A stretch of 63,159 nt of DNA, filler included, from Chrysochromulina tobinii (taxonomy: Eukaryota): NCBI GenBank assembly GCA_001275005.1. It is 11 parts of 11 records of this genome, joined end to end, with 100 filler letters (N's around TTAATTAATTAA, not from the genome) between each part and the next. Parts side by side here need not be neighbours in the genome. Positions count along the whole stretch, not along the records: positions 49,001 to 57,316 come from JWZX01000066.1; positions 57,417 to 61,248 come from JWZX01000067.1; positions 61,349 to 63,159 come from JWZX01000075.1; 8 more parts are not named here. One strand, written 5' to 3'. Both the position numbers and the translations under genes were made by a program. The notes under the pieces were generated by a model. It had not been told where the DNA came from. It searched no databases and was given only the letters and a program-made list of their open reading frames with translations. Positions 55,654 through 63,159 of this stretch are shown piece after piece (the stretch's first letter is position 1; each line of letters opens with the position of its first letter).

Positions 55654-57316
55654 GTGCTCATGAGCGGCAGCGAGCAGCCCGCGGATGGTGGCGGCAGCTC
55701 GAAGCCGGCCGCGCAGCGACAAGGTGGCAGCGGCTACGCTGAGCTCCCGGGCCACTTCCACGACGGCCTCGGCCGCGGCGTCGCGACCACCTTCCTCTTT
55801 GGTGGCTACCCAGCCTTCCCTCCAACCTCCAAGCCCACCGGAGGTTGTGCTGGCACCGATGGCAGCGCCGGTGGAGCGGCGCAGCTGAGCAAGGGGTCGT
55901 CGGGTCCGTGCTGCTCGCCACGCGCTGCTCGCCACGTGCTGCGTGCCGCGGCGTCGGCCGGCCGCCGCACGAAGCCTTCGACGAGCAGCCGAGCACCCTG
56001 TCCACTTGGCGTGGCGCTGACCGTGAATGCGCTTCGCCTCTCTCGCCCGCGCGCAGGCGCCCGCAAGCCAAAGCAGCAGCAGCAGCAGCAGCCGGCCAGG
56101 CTGGCCGACATCGGCGCGACGGAGGACGAGATCAAGCGGCGCGCGGCAGAAGAGCAGGCGGTCAAGTCAGCCAACGAGCGCGCGAACCAGGCGGCGCTTG
56201 AGCTCATGCTCATGGAAGAGAAGGACCCGAAGGCGAAGCAGCCCGCGAGTAGCGCCAAGGCGGGCGGCAAACAGAGCAAGAAGCAGACCACCAAGACCAC
56301 CAAGGCTGCCGCCAAGGACAAGTCTAGTGGCGTGGCCGCGGGCACGTCCGCCGCAGCAGCGGCTGCGAGCGGCGGCGCCAGCAGCAGCAGCAGCAGGAGC
56401 AGCAGCAGCGGCAGCGGCAGCGGCGGCAGCGGTGGCGGTGGCGACACAACCCAATCCAGCGCGGAGGCTACCGACGTGGACGGCGGCCGAGACGGAGGCG
56501 GAGGTGGCGGAGGCAGTGGCGGAGGCAGCAGCGGCGAGGGTGCGAGCGGCATGGGCGGTAGCGACGCCCAACACGACGCCGAGGCCGAGGCGCTGCCGCA
56601 GAGCGTCGTCGGGAGCGCCGCGGCGCCCTGTGCTGCCGCGTTGGCGCCGGCGTCCGCGCGAGCGGCCGCGGCCGAGCCGAGCACGGATGGGCCCTCGGCA
56701 GCTTCCTTCTCAGCAGCAGCAGCAGCGGCGCCGACGAGCGCGTCGTCGTCGTCGTCGTCCAGAGCAGCACCTTCGACGGTTTCGTCGGTTTCGTCGGCGC
56801 CGGCCGCGCCGACGGTTTCGGCGGTTTCGTCGGTTTCGGCAGCCCCGCCAGTGGCGCTGCAGGAGCCCTCCGAAGGCGCCGTGTTGGGCACCAAGCCAGC
56901 CGCGGCGGTCGCGGCGGCAGCCAGTACGTGCACGGCGAGCGCTGATGGTGCGACCGTCACGCTCCGCCTCTCAGTCTGCTCTCCAGGCTCTGAAAACGGC
57001 ACGCCGGCTGTCACGGCCTACCGGCATGGAGCAGGTTGCGACGGCGATGGCAGCGGCGGCGTTGGCGACATTGGCGACAGCACAGGCGGAGGAGCCGCGC
57101 GGACCGGCGTGCCAGCTGTGCCGGCGCTGCCGACCAACTCGGTCGACTTGCCAAATATGGTCGACCTGCAATTGAACTCGACGCCGCACGCCAGCGTGCG
57201 CCTTGCGCGCTCCCCGCCGTTCGGACGCTCAAGTACACCCACCACTTCCAGTGCGCCCTCCGCGGCCGCGGCGGCGGCGCTCACGACGGCCGCGAGCGCC
57301 GAGTCGGCCGCGAGCG
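55654..57316 (+). CDS. low-complexity Ala/Ser/Gly-rich hypothetical protein, 3'-partial
   Basis: Long ORF with a charged helix (EDEIKRRAAEEQAVKSANERANQAALELMLMEE). Confidence 0.45.
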
Positions 57317-57416
57317 NNNNNNNNNNNNNNNNNNNNNNNNNNNNNNNNNNNNNNNNNNNNTTAATTAATTAANNNNNNNNNNNNNNNNNNNNNNNNNNNN
57401 NNNNNNNNNNNNNNNN

Positions 57417-57742
57417 TTCACGACCGTCGCCACCACGGAACTAATGTTTTCCCCGCTCCCCGAAGTGATGGGCGGGAAGGGCGGGAAATAGGGCGCCGGT
57501 GGCAAAGGAGGTGCAGACGGCGGCGAAGGCGGCGACGGCGGGGGCGGCGACGGGGGCGGCGACGGCGATGGAGGAGGCGGTGACGGCGGGGGCGGCGACG
57601 GGGGTGGCGACGGAGGCTGCGGAGGCGGCGACGGGGGCTGGGGCGGCGACGGTGATGGCGGAGGCGGCGACGGTGGCCGCTCAGCGTATGTCGGATCTAT
57701 CAGGGCGATCGCGAGCAGCAGAATCGCTTTCATCGACAGCAT
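57417..57742 (-). CDS. secreted Pro-rich (SPPP) protein, 3'-partial
   Basis: Signal-like MKAILLLAIALI followed by extensin-like repeats. Confidence 0.65.
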
Positions 57743-58444
57743 CGCGGGTCCTAAAAAGGTTCTTTTTGTGCTTTTTTGCCCCGTCCCTAAATTGGGGTAT
57801 TTTCGGACTTTCGCCAATAAATTGGAGCAAGTTTCAAGCGCCGGCGAAAATGAATGAATTTGAAAACTAAATGGGCCACTCTCTGTCGGAAAGGCGGTGA
57901 ACAAAGCTTGGGGAAGGGCGTGGACTTAACGTCCGTATAATTTTCAGTAAGTTCGGCAATGTACGGTACGCCCTACGCCATCGCACCTACGCTCTCACGC
58001 CTATGCTCTCCTCGCATGTTTTAGCAGGTTTCCTGCGGCTTAGAGCACATATAGACGAGAGCAGAGCATGCTTACTGCGACCCCCTCATCGGCGATCCCC
58101 CAGCGCCCTCGTCTACCTCTCGGGGATACGAGTAGTTTTTTCGCGTCGCGCGGGGCACATTTTCTCGCAACTCGCGGGGTGCCGGCCGCACTCTTCTCGC
58201 TCGGGCGCGCTCGAGTCGGACGCGTGTCATGCCTTCTACGTATACTTCTAAGAATCCGCAGTATACACGCGCGTCCGGGATCTTCAAGGCCGACTCCTTC
58301 ACGGTCTACAAGCTGAACATCTCTCACCTTTGTGACGGCGCGTGTGAGGGCACAAGTGAGTGGACGATGCAACAAGTGCGAATAGTACTACGGCTTATAT
58401 GGTATTACGGGGCGTAGGGGGTACAGTCGAGAAAGACCGGCTGT

Positions 58445-58612
58445 ACCATACGCCCTACACCCTCAGAACACCTACGCCATCACCTCTGCGTACGCCCTAC
58501 GCCCTTACCTAGTACGCCCTCACCTCTGCGTACGCCCTACGCCCTTACCTAGTATGCCCTCACCTCTGCGTACGCCCTACGCCCTCGCCTAGTACGCCCT
58601 CACCTCTGCTCT
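58445..58612. repeat. ~40-bp tandem repeat built of TACGCCC units
   Basis: CACCTCTGCGTACGCCCTACGCCCTTACCTAGTACGCCCT x3-4. Confidence 0.9.
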
Positions 58613-58872
58613 CGCACATGTTCTAGCCGGTGTCCTGCGGCTTAATGCACATAGAGCATGCTGACTGCGACCCTGAAGCTTCATCGGCAATCAGCGCCCC
58701 TCCCCACATGCGGCTGCGAGCATGCGGCCACACACACTCCTTTTCGGTGCGCTCGACCGCTGTGCGCTCCCACCCTCCTTTTCGTGCCGAGCTCATCTGC
58801 ACTCAGCAGCCCGTCTTTGGGCCACTTTCACCGCGAAAAGCTTGGCTCTGCATCACGGTCATCAAGGTCGAA

Positions 58873-61248
58873 TCAGATTGCATCACTCGTGGCCTGGAGC
58901 TGGACGGGTTTCCCGTCGATCTTGACCTCGAGGACCTTGTTCGATGCTTGGGAGCTCGTCATGGACACACCTGCTGGGGTGGCATTCGAGGCAGACACCG
59001 AGGGCGTCTTAGGGGTGCAGCGGGTACAGAAGCCGTTCTTGACTGCGATGTAGATGAGGAGGCCAGTGAAAGTGAACATGGCGAAGAAGACCGCCGTTGC
59101 GGCGGCCGATTGTTGCCACGTGAATTGATCCGGTCGTACCTGGGCAAGCGCAGCTTCTATGGAGAGGAACCTAGGCGGCGAGGGCGGCGGCGGCGAGGGC
59201 GGCGGCGGCGAGGGCGATGGCGGGGGTGGCGATGGCGAAGGCGGCGGTGGCGATGGAGGTGGCGGCGAAGATGGTGGTCTCGGCGATGGCGGTGGGGACG
59301 GTTCAGGAGGTGATGGCGACGGTGGAGGCGGTGGAGGCCTGTAGGGCTCTGGTGGGTTGTATGGAGGTGGGGTCGGTGATGGCGAAACACGTGGAGGCGG
59401 GCTGGGCGGTGCTGATGGTGGTGGAGGTGGCGATGGTGGTGCCGGCGATGGTGGCGGAGACGGTTCAGGAGGCGTTGGCGATGGCGGCGGCGGTGGAGGC
59501 GGGTGCGGCTCGGGTGGGTTGCATGGAGCTGGCGGCGGTGATGGTGAGGGGGATGGCCGCGGTGGTTGCGACGTAGTGGGCGAGGGCGATTGCGATGGAG
59601 AAGGTGGTGGAGGCGGCGGCGACGGCGGCAGCGACGGCCGCGGCGGCGATGGCCACTGCGAGATCGCAACGGTGAGCTGTGCGGAGCTCACATAGGTGAA
59701 GTGAGCGTCGAGGCTGGTCGGCGAGCCGGCCGGCGCGGCGCAGAGCTTGTAGATCCTCGGGCCGCCAAGGCGCAGGGTGAGCGAGCTGCTCGAGATCACG
59801 CCGCCGGTCGGGAAGAGCCGGCTGGCCGCAGCGCCCACGCACGTGTCGTCGCCGGCGGGAAGAAAGGCGCACGTCTTGCCATCAGTCAGCGCGTTGCCGA
59901 CGAAGGTGATGGTCGTGGGGACGTTGTGGGAGATGGTTGCGGGGATGAGGGTGACATCGGGGGGCGAAGGTGGTGGCGGTGGAAGGGCTAGCCCTCGGAA
60001 CGAGGTGGGGCTGATGCGATTGGTATACGTGCCGTCGCCGAGCTGGCCGTAGTTGTTGTAGCCCCAGCACTTGAGGAGCGCGCCGTCCGTCACGTATGCG
60101 CACGTGTGGGAGTATCCGAGCGTCAGCAGCCCGACGGCGCCGCCGACGTTGATCGTGGTCGGGGTGTTGCGATCGGTCGTCGTGCCGTCGCCGAGCTGGC
60201 CGTAGTTGTTGTAGCCCCAGCACTTGAGGAGCGTGCCGTTCGTCACGTATGCGCACGTGTGGGAGTATCCGAGCGCCAGCAGCCCGACGGGGCCGCCGAC
60301 GTCGATCGTGTTCGGGGTGTAGCGAACGGACGACGTGCCGTCGCCGAGCTGGCCGTAGTAGTTGTTGCCCCAGCAATTGAGGAGCGTGCTGTTCGTCACG
60401 TACGCGCACGTGTGGGAGCTTCCGAGCGCCAGCAGCCCGACGGCGCCGCCGACGTCGATCGTGGTCGGGGTGGTGCGAGCGGACGTCGTGCCGTCGCCGA
60501 GCTGGCCGTTGCCGTTGAAGCCCCAGCACTTGAGGAGCGCGCTGTTCGTCACGTACGCGCACGTGTGGTAGTATCCGAGCGCGAGCAGCCCGACGGCGCC
60601 GCCGACGTCGATCATGGTCGGGGTGTTGCGATTGGTAGACGTGCCGTCGCCGAGCTGGCCGTAGCCGTTGTCGCCCCAGCACTTGAGGAGCGCGCTGTTC
60701 GTCACGTACGCGCACGTGTGGGAGTATCCGAGCGCCAGCAGCCCGACGGCGCCGCCGACGTCGATCGTGGTCGGGGTGGTGATAGTTGTTGTCGTGCCGT
60801 CGCCGAGCTGGCCGTAGTTGTTGTAGCCCCAGCACTTGAGGAGCGCGCTGGCCGTCAAGTACGCGCACGTGTGGTAGCCTCCGAGCGCCAGCAGGGCAGA
60901 CTGGCTTGAGAGCTGAGGCGATGGCGAGGGCGGCGGCGGCGAGGGTGGTGGAGGCGATGGTGGAGGCGGCGGCGACGACCGCGGCGAAGACGACGGCCTC
61001 GGCGGCGGCGAGGGCGGCGGCGGCGGCGATGGTGGTTTCGGCGATGGTGGGGGAGAGGGTTCTGGAGGTGAGGGCGAGGGCGGCGGTGGGGGGGGCGGGG
61101 ATGGCTCGGGTGGAGTGCCTGGAGGTGAGGCGGATGGCGGCGAGACGCTTGGCAGAGGGCTGGGCGGTGGCGAGGCCAAAGAGAGCGAGGATGCAACAAA
61201 GAGTCGTACGGAGCTCACGTAGGTGAAGTGAGCGTCGAGGCTGGCATT
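58873..61248 (-). CDS. RCC1-repeat, Pro-rich type I membrane protein, 5'-partial
   Basis: About six near-identical 50-aa (150-bp) repeats ALGYSHTCAY...KCWGYNNYGQLGDGT and a C-terminal TM (AVFFAMFTFTGLLIYIAV). Confidence 0.92.
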   Translation of the reverse strand, partial: NASLDAHFTYVSSVRLFVASSLSLASPPPSPLPSVSPPSASPPGTPPEPSPPPPPPPSPSPPEPSPPPSPKPPSPPPPPSPPPRPSSSPRSSPPPPPSPPPPSPPPPSPSPQLSSQSALLALGGYHTCAYLTASALLKCWGYNNYGQLGDGTTTTITTPTTIDVGGAVGLLALGYSHTCAYVTNSALLKCWGDNGYGQLGDGTSTNRNTPTMIDVGGAVGLLALGYYHTCAYVTNSALLKCWGFNGNGQLGDGTTSARTTPTTIDVGGAVGLLALGSSHTCAYVTNSTLLNCWGNNYYGQLGDGTSSVRYTPNTIDVGGPVGLLALGYSHTCAYVTNGTLLKCWGYNNYGQLGDGTTTDRNTPTTINVGGAVGLLTLGYSHTCAYVTDGALLKCWGYNNYGQLGDGTYTNRISPTSFRGLALPPPPPSPPDVTLIPATISHNVPTTITFVGNALTDGKTCAFLPAGDDTCVGAAASRLFPTGGVISSSSLTLRLGGPRIYKLCAAPAGSPTSLDAHFTYVSSAQLTVAISQWPSPPRPSLPPSPPPPPPSPSQSPSPTTSQPPRPSPSPSPPPAPCNPPEPHPPPPPPPSPTPPEPSPPPSPAPPSPPPPPSAPPSPPPRVSPSPTPPPYNPPEPYRPPPPPPSPSPPEPSPPPSPRPPSSPPPPSPPPPSPSPPPPSPSPPPPSPPPPSPPRFLSIEAALAQVRPDQFTWQQSAAATAVFFAMFTFTGLLIYIAVKNGFCTRCTPKTPSVSASNATPAGVSMTSSQASNKVLEVKIDGKPVQLQATSDAI

Positions 61249-62070
61249 NNNNNNNNNNNNNNNNNNNNNNNNNNNNNNNNNNNNNNNNNNNNTTAATTAA
61301 TTAANNNNNNNNNNNNNNNNNNNNNNNNNNNNNNNNNNNNNNNNNNNNTCCCGGCAGAACGACGCGCTCCGCCGACAGCTGCGCTCCTTGCGCCAGGGCG
61401 AGGGCGTCGAGATGGCGAATACCGACGAGCTGCGCGAGTACGCTGTGCATACATTGGTGGATCGCTGCGTATTCTGTTCCGTGTTTCCCAGGATCGTCAA
61501 TCGGAATGGTAGCATAACGCGTTAAACGCGTCTCCGCTCGGACTCGTGTAACCGAGGCAGGGGTGCGAGTCACCACAGCGAGTGCCGCCATATGCCGCCA
61601 CTCATCAGTTAAATCGACATAGTGTCAATCATCATACAGTGCACACGGTAACTAACGCACCGCGTTTTCGGGGCAGAGCGACTTGCAAAGATAAACAGGT
61701 CCTACTCGCCAGGAGCTAGCACACACACACTGCAGGGGCCGTGGCCCGTGCTATATGGGACAATGCGCCAGAAGCATGGACGGAAGCATGGACGAAAGCC
61801 GGACAGTCGACCGTCCGGCTGCGACGCTCGCGGCGGGGCGTGTTCCTGTATTAACAACTGGCTGTAAAACGTAGATACTTGTTCGAGCACCCTTTAGGCA
61901 CCCAATCAAAACCTCATCCCCGCAGCCACCACCACCACCCCCCTCCATGTCGCTCACACGTCGCCCCCCTCCCTCCCCCCACATGCCCCGCCGAAACGAC
62001 CCCCCATAATAGACCCCCCGGCGCTGCTTACGAGGCAGTAGCTTCTCTCTCGACTCGTCTCTCGAGCAAC

Positions 62071-62900
62071 CTACTCGCTGTCAGACTCGCCGAGGAGCAT
62101 GCGCTGCCACCTGCGCAAGGTGGTGACGGGCCGTGAATCCTTGAAGCAGCTCGCAAAGGGTTTCGCGCGGTACAGCTCTTCCGCCGTCACCCCCCCGCGC
62201 GCATGGTCCTTGATATCGACCGGAGCGCCGGCGCGCACAAGGATGGTGGCCAGATCCAACTGCGGGGCGTCGGCACAGTGTCAAAAGACTGGGTGGAGGT
62301 GGGCAACGTACGGGCGCAAGGGGCGGCGCGCGCGCGCACCACGTCGTTGAGATCCTCCCACTCCAAGGAGAGCGCCGCCACGAGGGGCTGGGGCTGAGGG
62401 AACGGGGCACGATCGACCGCAAAGTCCAGCGCCTCGACGCAGTGCTCGACGAGGGCGATGACCTTGCACGGCTCGAGCTCCGCACACGTAATGATCTCAG
62501 AAAGGCCACCAGCCTCGAGGGCTTTCAGGTGCTCTCCCTCGCCCCGATACTTCGGTAGGCGTGGCTCGAAGCCGATCCGGAGCCTCACCTGCAGGGCGCT
62601 GCCAGGCAAAAGGAGAGCGCCCACGAGAGGAGTCGGCGAAGCTTGCGCCGGACCCCCGTCCGAGGGCGCGGGTAAGTAAAGGATGGACCCCTGCACGGGC
62701 GCGGCCTCCAGAGGAAACGGAATCGGCGGGCCCACGCCCGCGGGCGGCAGCGCGCGCCCCGGCCCAGAAGCCACCGATGGCGATGCAAACAAATCCAGCT
62801 GCGGAGGGCCGCGACTCTGCGTCCGCTGGCGGGTCCGACGCGCCGGCCCCGCGAGGTCGGCGTCGGGAGAAGCAGCCGGCTCCTTGCCCGCTCGGCGCAT
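62071..62900 (-). CDS. hypothetical protein, 2 exons (intron 62339-62260)
   Basis: A GTGCGC...CCCCGCAG intron joins EDLNDV to LDLATILVRAGAPVDIKD in frame (weakly ankyrin-like). Confidence 0.45.
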
Positions 62901-63159
62901 CGCGCTCGACGTGCGCACACGGCCGACGAAGAGGCGCGGCTGCGGGGCGGCGGCGCAGCGACACGACGGCGGCCACCGCAGAGGTTCCAATTTGGGAAGA
63001 CTACCCAATTAGCAAGGTGGGTGTCGTCACGAACTTCGAGAGGGGATCTCAACCTCGGGGGTTGTGTCGCCGTTACGTTGGAACTTTTACAAATTTGGGA
63101 ACGAAAACCTTGCTCCCAAATTGGGTAGCTTTCTGCTGCACCCCGTGTTGGGAAGGATG

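Noticed and set aside
62985..63135. Short inverted repeats (CCAATTTGGGA / TCCCAAATTGG, CTACCCAATT / AATTGGGTAG)
   Set aside because: Too short and at the window edge to call a transposon end.

Overview
This GC-rich eukaryotic window is 11 unrelated contigs joined by 100-nt artificial linkers (N44-TTAATTAATTAA-N44). A fucoxanthin-type LHC, a signal-peptide HemE and Pro/Cys-rich surface proteins suggest a haptophyte-like alga (inference). Recognisable genes are RPN2/PSMD1, mitochondrial GrpE, a mitochondrial carrier, an LHC, HemE, a GT8 glycosyltransferase, a TKL-type kinase, an IQ/EF-hand protein, an RCC1-repeat membrane protein, a SHIPPO/ODF3-like protein, DOP1-like and STRA6-like proteins, and a CRE/SLACS-type RLE non-LTR retrotransposon. 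The most striking signal is in the introns of three genes. Many introns are a variable-length (7-42 nt) direct copy of the adjacent exon, which supplies one splice site, plus a recurrent strand-specific module (10-nt TGATGACCTC/TTGATGAGCC/GATCTCCCTT arrays or a TGCATGCAAGTGCTCACCACGGCG cassette), which supplies the other. Two introns contain an uninterrupted copy of their own spliced exon junction. This looks like an active intron-generating process without terminal inverted repeats. All homology calls are by eye, not by database search.
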